Assembly: GCA_046563655.1 (NCBI GenBank)
Contig: CM102290.1
Location: 7,130,001 to 7,194,000, forward strand
DNA from: Yuukianura sp. NJ FZ-2021
Lineage: Eukaryota
DNA: 64,000 nt
Reading direction: 5' to 3'
How positions within the stretch are numbered: the first letter of the stretch is position 1; the number at the start of each line of letters is the position of its first letter. The notes under the pieces are model-generated. The model was not told the DNA's origin. It saw nothing but the letters and a program-made list of their open reading frames with translations, and searched no databases. A program made the position numbers and the translations under genes. Below, piece by piece: positions 34,017 through 47,764 of this stretch.

Positions 34017-37000
34017 TTCCCAGGTCAATTTACCATTAACCACGTCTCAAACGCCGATATTGACATATTTTCTAGTAACGTTTTTCGATACATTATTTTT
34101 CGTATTGATCAATTAAGTAACTTTCTTTCTTTAATCGTAATATCATTTGTTTAATCATAATACATAATCTATAACAACTTATTGTCGTTCCTACAGCTTA
34201 AAATTATGACGTTGGGTAGATTCGGCGTGGTCAATAAAGTGTTTTCAGAGTTAACGTTTCTTTTTCCATTTTTTTTCCGAGAAAAATTTTGCGAACCAGT
34301 GAACCAGTTTCTAAAAAAACAAACAAACAAAACTAGTTAACACGTTATATTTCATAAGTTGATGGCACTAAAAGATTCATTTCCAATGTGACACGTAATC
34401 ATTTACGGACAAGGGTTTCAGAAGAGGTCAGAGGTCATGAACATGATGAGGAGATGTTCTGTCTGAGAGTTTGATTAGCAAAGTGTTGAAAGTTGATTTC
34501 TGGTCATGTCACAGCGTCGTTCCACTTTCCAATTCAGTTCAAATCTACGTTAAGGCTTAGCGATCTTTATGACTCCTTTGATTTTATGGTTGGTCAACGT
34601 CATTCATGTTGATCCCAGCAGTATACACAGTTTGCTTCTGTGCAAAATGTTCATATCTTCCTATTGTTGTTCATCTTGATTAAAGTGACCATAAAAGTTA
34701 TTAGTGACTTTCCAGTGTCAACCCGTCTCGTCCTGTACAACTTCATGACATTTCTGATCCGATGGGCATCAATAAGGGTTTTCCCTGTTTCACTATCGGT
34801 TTGTCCAAACTGGATTTTGAGCTAAGCGGTTATGGCATAAGAACAATTTTTCAGTGACAGTGGCGATTCGCTGGTGAAAGTTAGAAGTTGACAGATTGTT
34901 ACATCAAGTGGACGTGCAACGATACGTTTGGAAACAAGACTTTTCAATTCAGTACAAATTCTTTTATTTGGCAGAGTGATCAATCCCAATTTATCAATTC
35001 AATTGGGACTTTCAATTGATCCACGTAACGAAGTTAAAACTACTACAAGGACGACTGGAAGTCGTGGATGCAACGAAAGACACTCAACTTTCCCATTGAG
35101 CATCTAACTTTCCCCAGCTTCCCCTGGGAGCTGGACTTTCTTTTTCCTGCAAGTAGTTGACGTTTTCATTTCGAGTCGTACATAGAAAACTACAAGAAAC
35201 AGGGAAAGTTGAAGTTTTAAAACAGGTTTACCTTATTTTGCGTCAGGATACTTCGTAGTTTGGTAAGGAATTCGAGGACCCGCGTCTATCGCAATTTTAC
35301 ATCTTAAAATAGACTTCTCTTTGACAAAATTAAGATTTTACAAAACAATGTGTTATGTGATCCAATCAATCAACAGGCGCTCTACTTAAGCAGCTTCTTT
35401 GCAAACGAAAGGTAAGCAAAGTGTTTACAAATTTTCAAATTAAAAGCTCTTCGAATTCATTTAAGCTATGGAAAGTACTCTATAAAAGTTACGTTATAAT
35501 TAAATTCGCACATGACAGCTTGTAACAATGAAGAAGGTGATGACGCGTGTGAAGTCAACATATATTCTAATAAGAAAAAAGCAAAATTTTAAAAGTACTT
35601 TTTCTTTAATGCACTTTAGGTTCACTAAAATCACAAAATTACTCCGTTTTTTTTAAAGTAATTGTTGCATTAGGGTAAGTTTTATTTGGGGCAAAGTGTG
35701 ACTCCTCTCTGACTAAGGGGAGTTCTAAATCATCATTTGCTTTCTCCATTGACTTCAATTTTAAAATATCCATTTGTTTTAATTTGTGACTTTTCCTATT
35801 GTACATATGTCGGAGTGTGGCAGTCGTAAAAGAGCTTTCTGAAACCCATTATTGAAACATTTTTCAACTTTTTACAGGACATTTTCTCCCATTTGTCTAC
35901 ATTGCTCTTCCCTTTCACTCTTCGAAAAGCTTTCAAATTTTTCAGGCCAAAGCTCCTCCAATTCCAGTTTCCAGTCCAAAAATTTTGTTTTTGTTTGTGT
36001 TCTTATGTTTTGGTGTTTGATTGAGCCCATAGCTCCCGTTCTGGGCTATTTTCTGATGAAATGAACCCTGAAATTCCCACCGCAAATATCTTATTCGTCG
36101 CCTAACCTAACCGACTCCCTTATGTATTTTCAAAAGTGACAATCGTACTAATAGTAAGCATCAGCCGTCCAGCGAGGGGAAGAACTTGGGATGAATTGGA
36201 TTTGATTAGAATTGAGGTTCCTGATCGTTACTTTACTGAAGTGGAAACGTCTTTCCCTGTGTCAGACAGAAGATGTGATTTGTCGGTTGTACAAGCTCGT
36301 GTTTTTGGACGATTTCGAGATTTGATTCACACGTCGGTGGCTTCGATCCTTGCTAGTTCATTTCTAAAGTAATTGCTAGCCATCCCTCCTGCTGCGACTA
36401 CTACCGCATCAACCTACCATAAGCCTTTTGACAGGAGCGCAGACATCGACCACATTTTTATTTTCATTTATCAGTACACAACAACACTGCATGACCTACA
36501 TAGAGCTAACGAATACTCCTCAGAACAAAAAAAATCTGGCTTTTTCCGACTTCCATTTTTGGAAAAGTTGGCGTCAAGCAACGTGAGAGGAAGCGAAATA
36601 GAAATTTTGGAACATTGTACATTAGCCTAGGAATGTAAAATGTGAAAATGTAATCGATTGTTTCCTTGCAAAAAGCATCCATTAGTAACCATTCATTGAC
36701 TGGCCTTACCATCATGTAGTAATCAAGTTCATGCATCTGAAGAGAAACGTTTTTAGCAACATCCGAACTAAAACCGGTGCATTGCATTGTATTTTGGAAC
36801 AAAGGGACTATCTACTAGCTTTCGACTCCTGGTGAAAGCTTTCTCTCCGAAAACATAAACTAACGATAAGGCAAACCCATCCCAAGCCTCCAGCTTACGT
36901 ATCCTTACCGTTAATGTTCGAAATGCGGGTAAAGTCAGGAAAAGTACTCACATGGTCATTAGAACATTCGAAGTTTACAAATGATGGAGTTGTAAGCATA

Positions 37001-40000
37001 TTTTCCTTTCAAACTCTTGCGACCATGTAACTATAATGTAGCAAGTCGAATTTTTTGTTCTATTCAAAATATATTCTGCTATTTATCGAAACAATTTTCC
37101 ATTGAGTAAAAACAAGTGATGGCTCAAAATTCATTCTAAAGTATCCAAACTAGAGAAGCATTTGGCACAAATGGATTTGCATATTACATTGCTTCTGATA
37201 CTAAACGATCGTCATTCCCTCCGTCCTGCAACTTTGGCTTTTGTTGAAAATCGAAGCTCCGAAAACACGGAACAAAATTTGGCGTTTTTTGGTCATTAAA
37301 ACTTTTGCCAATTTCCAACCCACCAAACAAACTGCTGCTGCTTTGTAGAACGGATGAATGTTTTGTTTGCTGAAGGAATTTACTTAATGCTTGTGGCAAA
37401 GACCCACTCAAAACGTTTGCAGTGACTTAAAACTTTGGATGTGCGGGTTCCGAATGTTTTCGGCGTTAAAGTTTGTTACATTCCCTAGTTAACTGAACAA
37501 CTCAAGAGTATTCGTTCAGTTAATAATTCTGCACCACTGTCCTCGTTTTAGAAAATTGTGTGTACTTACAGTATGGAGAAAATAGGAGCTTCATACCCGA
37601 AGGGGAGTATAATGTTTTGTAATTACACTGTTGTCATGTTCTCATTGTAAACAGACGCTTTGAATTTATTTGAACAGGGACTCGTAATTTTTGAATCCAA
37701 CAGGAAGGGATATGATGGAATTGGACAGAAGGTGAAAACAAAATTTGTTTAACTAAACAAAATGAATCAGTGTCTCTCTTGTGGTGTGTTACACTACTTA
37801 GTTCAAACCAAATCTACAACGAAGGAAAGTTGATCGTAAATATTCTGCGCAGTTAAGGTTCAGCAGTGTGTTTTTCAAATTTGAATTCCTGTTTCTGAAA
37901 TACAATCCTTTACTTTCTTTTTTTTATCAAAAAGGAAGAAAGAAAACATCTTTAAATTTAATTAAAAAAAAAGAACTAAACTGCTAACTTTTCATTTCGG
38001 AGATTTTAAAACCTAACAAAATGACTTTTACAAAATCTTGCATTTGTGCGCACCCATAATTTGTTTTATTTTCGCGGTGGTATTTATGTGTTATCTTGTA
38101 TGTACGTACGTACACTTTGCTGTCAAACGTGTACATCAAATGCCATGTATGGTGCAATGAAGGATATGTAGACATTAAGGACATAAAAACGAGGCCATCC
38201 ATCATGCCACAAATTTTTGGAAAGTGTTCTATGCATTTTGAACCAAACGTTCTCTAGCTTCTGGAATTTTCCAGCAATAATTCATATCTACTCTATATGT
38301 ATAATTTCGTGCGTAAAGCGTAAGTAAACGTTTTGAAAATTAGTTTGTCAATCAAAAGATGAGTAGCTCTTTGAATGATAATTGATTCCACTCTTCCTCT
38401 CTGTACATAACTTGTACAAGCTTCTCGCAATTAGCTAATTACAAACGTAAAATATATATGTTAGGCAGGGTTACCTAAAACTTGGGCACTTTTTATCAAA
38501 GTGGGTAAAACCACTGAATTATATATTAGCTTTGAAGGTTAAGTTTTAATTTACATTACATAGGTATTGGTACTGCTCGAACAGGATTATAAAATCTGCA
38601 ATGTATTTTTAGCAACATCCAAACCCCAACTTTTGAAAAAAAATATTTGAAATTATCTCGTCCCAACTTTAGCAAAAAAAAATTCTTTTTTGCTGGATTA
38701 CTAAAGACACAGTAGGAAAAGAGAACAAAGTTAAGACGATAAAGAGGTGGGTAAACCAAAATATACTTGGAGAGCAATATTGTATACAGATCATTGTACT
38801 CTCAACTTAAGAGGGCACTTGAGCCTTTCGGTAACGAGATGACAAGGAAGATGGTCCCCCATAACTGGAAGTGTCAACAACTAACTTCCCATGGGCATGG
38901 CAGTTCCCGCCATTTGGATTTTCCCACCTCGAAAGTCGATGGTCTAAAGTCACTCCCTGACCCTGAGAACATACTAATTATATGTAGACGGGCCGCAATT
39001 AGTTTGTTGGCAGTTTGAGTTCTTTCGGAACCAGTAGCATTAGAGGCACTACGTTTCAAATGGCTAGTTTTTACTTAACCAAAACTATAGGTTTCAGTTG
39101 GGATTCTCTTGGCACAACGAGTGCCAATTATTTACGAAATCTAGAAGTCCGGAATTGGAGCCGGGTATTTTGGAACATAGCGTAGGTCTTAAGGGATGTT
39201 AGGGTTGGAGGGCACTAAGTTAGTGGGACTTAGAACTAATCGACTTTTGGTGGAACCAGTGGTGCAGAAGGGTAGGTTGACTTTTGGAGACTCGTATTTG
39301 TTTTACGGGTTCGTCCGTAAATAATTCTAAACTTCTGTGTGTGTGAACTTTGACACGCGAGAGGGGGAGGATGTGTTATTTCCTAGGTTTGGATGGGACT
39401 GTGATCGTAAATTAGACATGGAACGAAGAAATTCTACAGAAAATAAGGCGGGAAGGTTTCAAGTGTGACATCCATAAGAGCTCTCCTCGCCTCAGCTTAC
39501 TCCTGCTGCGGTTCCACGGATCTTAATGACTCAAAAACTCCCGCGCTCCCAAGAAACAGGTTTGTATTTCTTCAACACAAGGTTTAAAGAGTAAATATTT
39601 ACACAATGTCGATCCTTTGCCTGCACCACTTTACAAAAGAATTATTGGAAGCGCCAAATTCAAAGTTTCCAAGGAGGCTTTCTGGAATAATTGATCCTTC
39701 AAGGGAACCTGCGGATTAACCTGGGATCAAATCAAATCTGCAAAAGAAAAGCTTCCCTGATAACTTTGCAGTCAAATTCAATTTCCAAACTGCAAGTTTC
39801 CTGACCTTCTCTTTTTGCAATGTTAAATTAAAAGTCAATACTAACACTTTGAAGAGAGGAAGGTTAGGGTAGGGGTAGAAACATTTCATTAAATGGTCCG
39901 CAGGCTCAAAATTGTGATGACTTTGACTAAATTTAGCACAGTTTTGTTTCTAATTTGTCCAAAAAGTTTGCCCTCTTCAATAGAATTCTGTGTTCCGTAC

Positions 40001-43000
40001 CGGTAAACTTTGAGAAAACTAGTTGACCCGGGATGAGCCACCCAGTGAAACAAAGCATGCAAAAGTTTGCGTGGGAAGTGGCGTAGTTGGTGGTTGGTTC
40101 AGATTTTAAAATGAATTCCATTGTAGTGGAAATGTGGTGAATTAAAGCGTGGGCAAATTCAAATTCAAAGCCAAAACTTTTTCACTCACACACGCATACT
40201 ACAAAATTAAAGTTAGACTTAGGCGGAGCCATGTAATTCCGCAAGGACTTGCATGTCAAAGGGAACCTAAATGGAAGTTGAAGGATTAATTCCTCTAAGG
40301 CAACAGTGTTACACTGCCAAGCCACTACTTCCTTTCAGAACGATTCGGATGACACTCTTAGGATATCCGAGGATTTTCCTTCTTTAAATTGGTTCCAGAA
40401 CACAATTTCAGAATGCTTCCCTAAGGTCCTAATGAATTAACCTCCTTAACCAAACTCAATTTTAACTGACTTGCCAACAATTAACTTAAAAGAGATCTGA
40501 ACCAGTTGAAAAGGGAATTCCTGAGTCCGGTGGTGAAAGTTCTCGAGTTGTTTAAAGCTTGTTCAGAGGCATTTTCTATTGAAAGTGAAACCGACTCTTT
40601 ACCTTCAAACGGGCTGCATTTGAAAAAAAATGTCGAACCTAACATTTATAAACGTTAAGTAAAGGTTTCGTTTGAAATCCGACGTGACAATAAATCTACA
40701 TAGATGGGTTACTCTTCTGAGAACCCCAGAAGTGTCAAATGACCTTGGGTCAAAACATTTACCAAAAAAAAAGCGGGAGGCGTAGGTCTTAAAAGAGGGA
40801 AAGTGAGAGGGCTTATTTATGATTTTACATTTTCCCGGGTAGTTTTTACTTCCTTCGTCATCTCATCCTTTGCCACGATTTACTCCCTGAGCTGCCACTT
40901 TATGTCATCCATGAAATTTGTGGATTCATGCCTGGTTCCCTTTAAGGAGATTTCTTTAGAAGTGACTTAAGGCGGGAGGAAAAGGACATTTTGAAAATGG
41001 TGGAATGTTAAAGTGGATTTATGTGAGGTTGAAAGTTAGTGGGAGTCGAGTCCACCTTTTCCCACCGAAACAAACCACCTCTTCCTGCTAAGGACAAAAC
41101 TTCGTGTTTAGCCCTGTGTACTAACTCAAAACCCAAATAAACTAAACCTCTCCGTCGAATTTAACGAGGATTTGAACACATAAGATGCATCGCAATGTGA
41201 TGGTTCGCAATTAAGAACTTGGTCACAAAATGAAAAACTGTTTTGAACTTCTGTAAAATTCATTTCAAAATTGCAACTGTACCTAATATTTAAATATCCA
41301 TATTGTACAGTTGTTACTAAAAAAGAGTTGTTTGCTTTCTCCTTTTACTTTTAACTTTAAAATGGGAGAGGACTTTTTTTTTAATTGAATGAGTTTTTGT
41401 CTTTGTAAAACGGCCTTGTTTACTCATTGTTCTTCCTGAGTTGTTGCTGCTTTAAAAATCAATGGTTCCCAGTTGGAGTTTTATGTTTGAAAGCTTTTAA
41501 AGCTATGAACTTTGTTTTAAAACATTTCTAAATAAGTGCAAATTGAGATTTACTTACCACTGTACTCCTAACATTACTTAATTCACAGACCTTATAGGAC
41601 AAAACTTTCAAATTTTGAAAAAGACGTGCTTCATATAATCCAGAAAACATTTTGTTGTGAAAAACATTTGAATCTGTTCTTTTGTTAAATTGCTTCTCAA
41701 AAAAAAAAAACCAAATGAAATTTGGACAATAGAAAAAAGGAGTGTTGTAATTGTGCATTGGACTCACCTGGAGTGAAAACTTTCTCAAGTGAAGAAAATT
41801 TGCAAAGCTAAGCTTCTACAAAATTAAAGCAAAATTGCTTTGATCCTTCCCTTCTCATTTTACCATTTTAAAACTTTTCCGATTTCTCCTATATTGTGAT
41901 TAACTATAAGTTGATACTTTTCAAAATTTTGTAAAAATTAATACTACCAAGAGAGCAGCGAACAGTATTCACTTCGTAGTTAGAGTGTCTACTTAGGCTC
42001 TTACAAATTTTTAAACCCTAAATTTAAAAGTTATGGCTCAGAACATAGAAATTACGAAAGTAGTTACTCAAAAGGAAGATTAAAACTTAGGTTACTTGGT
42101 CAACTTTTGTTTAGTTTGCCATTCTCGGTTCGATTTCAAATGGAGGGCTGAATAGGAAAAGGAATTGCTCAGGCCGACTTTGCGGAGTGCTGAGCCAGTG
42201 ACAGTTTTGATCAACTGTGACAAGTGTGGCGTCGAAATAAGTCGAAATAAGTGACTTTTGTTTCACGGAGGAGGACTGAGGGACCTTTTAAGTGTCCCTA
42301 GGTTTGTAGGGACTTTTTGATGGTTTGGAAGAGATTTGTGTTGGGTTGATGATAATAGTGAAAGTCCATAGAAGGCGGAAGAGATTGCCCTTGTTCCAAA
42401 GCTCTCTCGCCTGCTTTCTCCAGTACCATTGAATCGTCTGTGGATCACATCCACATCCTCACCATTTCCTTTTTCGGTGTTTTAGAACAGAGTGCTCCCA
42501 TCTTCGCTTGGTTCTGGTGACCCCAGACCCAGTTCTTGTTCTTGGGCATTCATAAGGCTTAAGGCGTAAGGCCTAACACAAGCTCAAGGCGAGTGAAAGT
42601 CGGTCTCCATTTCACTCACCTGTCCAATCTCAAACGAATCACATCAACTCTCTTTTTCTCCTTTCACCTGTAATCCTAACGGAACTTAACCGTACAACCA
42701 ATCACATTCACAACTTTACGTACTTCCGGTTTTACTTCTATTTTCTAAATTCTGCCAAGGTAAGATACATATTTTAAATTTGGAAGTTTTGTACGCCGTT
42801 GAATTAAAAAGCAAAGGAAAGTTCAACGGAAACAAAATAGACATTTACTAATATTATAACTTAACCACGTCGTTAAAATTTAAGAGTAAACCCCATGCGA
42901 GTTTCGAAAATTTCAACCAAAGCTCACATTTTTGTCGCGTTTTTTTTTGTGGCTAAAACCATGAAACGTTTTAAGAAATGAAGGTCAATGTTCATCTCAG

Positions 43001-46000
43001 AAGTAAATACTTTTGTTTTCGTAACTGCGTAACATTATTTTATGTTTTCTTCTAAAAAACGAAACAAAGAGTATGGCAAACCTTTGATGTCAGTTAAGAA
43101 CAACAACAAGAGGAGACTGTTATGAGAAAAAGCAAACCGCCCTTCGTAAGTATCATGTGTTTATGTGGTGGATGCTTCCGTCTTACAGAAGCATAAGGAT
43201 CATAAATAATAAGTCAGCAATTGAAGGAGGCAATAGAACTGAAATTGAGAGCCCCAAGTATTTGAGGAGGTCAAAAGCGGGAGGCTTGTCGCTGTGTGGA
43301 TATGTTGTTTCAAAATGAATTCAAGTGGATTCTCTCGTTCTTATAAAACTTCAAATTCCATTTTCATTTCTATTCTTTCATTTTCCAATGTTTTCTTTAG
43401 TCCAGCATTTTCAACGAAACCAAAAAGGAATTATGATTCCAGCCCAGATTTTCTGTTGAACAAACATAATAATAACAGTTTGAAAGTTGTATTGGCACAG
43501 ACATAGAATTTTGGATTATTTTTTGGGTTACAATTCAATTGAAGGGGCGGTTTTCATTTTTTTGGTCGTTTACAGTACAAAGTAAAAGTATGAGTAAAGG
43601 GCTCGCACTAAAGGAGAAAGTAATGAAGTTTCTTCCGCTTCTAACTTCTTTATTTTCTCCTCCATCCGGGTAATATTAACTGTAAATCACTTTCCCCGTT
43701 TTGCTACAAAAAAAAAGCATCAAAGGCAGTCTCAAGTAAAATAATATTGAATTTATATTGGCACTAGATATCATCTCAAGTAGCAGAGAAGATTACACTT
43801 TTCAAAACAGAAAAAAACATAATAAGTTTTTGACAAAAGTAACTTGTATTGATTTTTTACCTGAAAAATATTGCATATCCTACTTTCTTCCCAGAAAATA
43901 TTTCAGCTGGATTCCATTGTTTGAAATCTTGTGACATAATGTACCTCATTACACAAAAATGAGACTTTCTCCTGGTGAAAGTCCTGCTGGGATTGATATT
44001 CTCCAAATGGAAAAGACACGGGGAGCCCATATTGTTCTCGGGTCAGACATATGTACTTGAATTTGAAAAACAAAACTGGGAAGTTTCAAAAAAATGTCAC
44101 AGGTCACAGAAGTAAGAAATTGTTTGGCCTCGTTTTCTTTTTGTTTATAACTCCAAAATGGCGATATTTTTTTCAGCATCTCTTTCTTCCTGTCAGTTTC
44201 AATGAAGTTTCAGTAGAAAGCCAATTGAACGCTTTTCTTTTGACATTGTCTTTAGTTGGGAACTTAGAGTTTTGAAATTTGGGTTTCAAAAACTCATCTT
44301 TGCGGAAAAAAAAAGACGTGCAAGTAGCAAAGGGTTCCAATTTAGATTGATCTGACGCTTTACACTGATTGACATCTTCCTCAGATAAGAAAAAAGTGAC
44401 GCATTTCTTGAGAAGAGTCTCGAAGAAAGTGAAAAACTCATTTTGCAGTATTTTTGTACCACACCCCTCAACCTCCGCTTTTCAAACAACCCGCCTTTTA
44501 GAACAGTGGCAAGGGTGTCAATTTAGAAAAGATTTTATCCCGTAGTCTAGTCTAGACTAGTTGAACTGGAGAACGAGGAAGACTGAGGTAGAGATTACCT
44601 TGTCATAAAACAAACCAATGGCAGAGCTACGACTAGATCTATCAAAAGTTACCGCGGAGATTCAACTTCAAGCGTATTTCAAATTCAACAAAGTCAATTT
44701 CCTGACTTTTCTGCTCCCTCCAAAGACTCCTTTAAGGGTACACGGACTTCCAAATAGACGTTTTCCGGTAAACCAACGTAGAATTGAGGACGTACTGGAA
44801 TTCCCTGCTTCCTTTAAAAACAAACTCCAATTTAAAAAAGATGACAAAGAGCTTTTTGAAGTTTCTTAAAAAATTCATTGGCAGTAGGGGCTATTATGAT
44901 ACAAATTTAGAAAAGTGACTTTGATGTCTCCTTGGTTCGGTTTTTGAGGTTTATTAAACCGGGGCCAGCTTGAATTGTATTCACTGATTTGAATGCAGAT
45001 GCCGGAAGTCATTAGGAGTATTTAAATTGCTGCTTTTTCAGTTTTTTAAAAAGTTTTTCTAATCATCTAATCGTAAGTACGGTTCTATTAGTCGGCACTC
45101 TGAAATGTTATAACATTGAACAAAAATAAAGGCAGATGCGTCAGAGTCACTTCAGATAATTATCCGAACATCGTCCCTCAAAATGCTCAGAGCTCAAACA
45201 CACTAATTAATGCTTGACAATTCATTAATTCTTGCTAAAATTTTAAGTCAACTCAACAGGCTCCAGCACGGGCGTTTCATCCAAACACCTTGAAGTGTAT
45301 TTATGAATTACTCAGCATCATTTGTTAACTACATCGTGAAGTATAGGCGAAAAATGTCCTTAGCATCAAAGGCCATCCCACTGCAGTAAGCACATTTTAA
45401 AAAATTTCAACTCTTACTTTTTTTTTAACTATTTTTGGATTTGAAACAGATTTTCTTTAAAGAAGATTTTTGAGAAGATTTGTTTCTGTGCGTTCACTTT
45501 TTAAGCAAAACCTGTTGCAAAAGGCTCCCCTTTTTTGGAATCGGTCCAATCAGGATTCAGAAAAACGTTTGAGCAAAATTGAATAAGTTTTTCAATAATT
45601 CAAACCTTACATGGTCAGCGAAAATAGTTTACATGGTAGTAAGAAAAAAATTCGAAACATTTCTTTTCCCAAGCGCAATAGTTTTCTCAAAAAAGAAAAA
45701 TTTTATTCGATCCTTATCGCTGGTCATAGTTACTCCCTGCGCCGGCACAAGAAGTTGACTTTCAACGTTATTAGTAACAATTTTACAAAGAAATGATATG
45801 ACCTTTTCCTACGACCTCCAAAGTGAACGTTTGTAATGTTATTTGACGCTGCTTCAGACTACAGCCACTCTGTCATGCATAGATGAAAAGCCAAGTCAAG
45901 TGAGTGGAACGAGAACAAAATTTTTATTCAGTGGTACAGTTTTAATTGAAAAGGAAGCAGCAGTGGCAATTTATGAAGGAAACATCTTTCAGGATCTCTC

Positions 46001-47764
46001 CAGGCTTCTCAATCTTCAAACTTCATCAAGTATTTATTGACGGTTCATTCAAAAGGCTACAGTAGAACTTAATTTTACTTGAGGTTATATTTTTCAAAAA
46101 CACTCCTTTTCATTCTGTTCGCATCTCCCTTATTTTTCAAAACGTTCAAAAATTGGCGCAAAATTCCATTCTCTCATTGGGGTTGATATTGTCACCACTT
46201 TTTGTAAACTTTTGGATGGGTTTGCAAGAACGGACAAAAGGATTTGGATTTTTTAATTTTGCAAAACCGAAAACGAAGTAAGCCACTGCGGTTTAGTTTC
46301 GGTTTACAAATTTTCAAATCAAAATCTAATTAAAAATAGTCAAAAACTGTCGTAGTGGAAAATTAAAATCCTATCTGTTGAAATCTGTTTTTTTTTCTTT
46401 TGAAGGTGTACTCTGGGAGTCATTTTGAGATTCCAGTTGACGACAAAGTCATTTTGTTGCATGTAAAAAGTCTGTTTTGCCTTTTGGAAAGCACTTGAGT
46501 TCTGGAAATTGCACTGTGGGTGAAAGGAAGGAAAGTGGTGGATTGCAGACACGGTTCCTGTGAATGCTTGGGGTTGATGGATCGTTAGTATATAAAATTG
46601 GGTAGATAGATTGCGTGGTGGGGCTGTTTGGACCCACATGGAAGAGAGATTAGGACAGATTGCACCACCGTGGTACCTGATGTAGAACTTTCTCCACTAC
46701 CTGGCATACGGTGGAGCTTCTAAATGAAATTACAAAAGAGCTTACTTTAGGGAGGCTGGCAGTCCTTAATCTTCAGACTTACTTCACATCATCATCACAT
46801 CTTCCGTCTTCAAGCCCATTTAGAACTCAACAGTCTTCAGAGCAGCAAGATACAAACCTTTACACACTCACAACTCCTTTTGGCTCCAAATTTGAATACA
46901 AACGGTAATATTCTCACGCTTTCCAATCTTTCCCTCCATCTTACACTTTTCCCGCCTACAATATATTCGCCCAGATTCTAATTTCAAAATCATCATCCCA
47001 AGCACGTTGCCACCATTCAAAAGTCTCCCTCCAAGTGAGAAAACCACAAAGGTTTACTTTTTCAGCAGTTCCGGATTGTCTAGAACATTTTCCCAAAAAA
47101 CACATCTTAGAAATGCCGTTTTTTAGATACACCCTACTAGGATTTTGCTTTGGATTCCGAGATTAGCACTGTAAGAATGACTTCAAAGCCCCCAAAAAAT
47201 TGCAGAGAAAGAATTTTTTTGATGACATCACAGCAATTTCAGTTTTATTTTTGCAAATTTTGATGTCGAAATTTGATTTTTAGTAAAAGAATTTCATAAG
47301 TGTATTAATAATAAGATTATTGACATTTGGTCGTATGTGTGGGCGGTGTCGAAAGTTCTTTTGAAAATTTCCTTTGATTTGTTCTCGTTTGGAAGTCCCG
47401 TTTCACCTTTGGCACTAAACTTGTTACTTTCTTCTTTTTCCAGTTGAGCTCTTCAACGTTGTTGTGAAAGTCATCAGCCACTGCCAGCATTTCTTCAAAC
47501 CCAAAAGTTTTGCTGGAATGAAGGAAAGTCTTGAACTTTAAGCAAGGAATCATTTCTCCTCCTTTTTGAACTTAAGACGTCACCTAAACAGCTTCCTTCG
47601 CCTGCCAAGTTGGTTTCACAACAAATTTCCAAATTCAACTCAAAAGTTTTTCCAAAAAAAAGTAAAATAGCTTAGCGTCTTTGAGTTCTAACTTCGAGAA
47701 GTTCTCTTAAGCATTGTTAACGGCGGTCAGTTCCTTTAAAAAAAATCAAAACCAAATTTATGAA

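Noticed and set aside
36100..36113. CCTAACCTAACC as an interstitial telomere
   Set aside because: Only about two units; such motifs also occur inside local repeats.
37570..37605. miR-276-like sequence TAGGAGCTTCATACC
   Set aside because: Seed mismatch, divergent 3' half and only an 8-bp local stem; not a pre-miRNA.
34640..47553. Many 60-100 aa ORFs in the GPCR upstream region
   Set aside because: Mostly TTG/GTG starts, no recognisable domains and no consistent splice chains; expected by chance.
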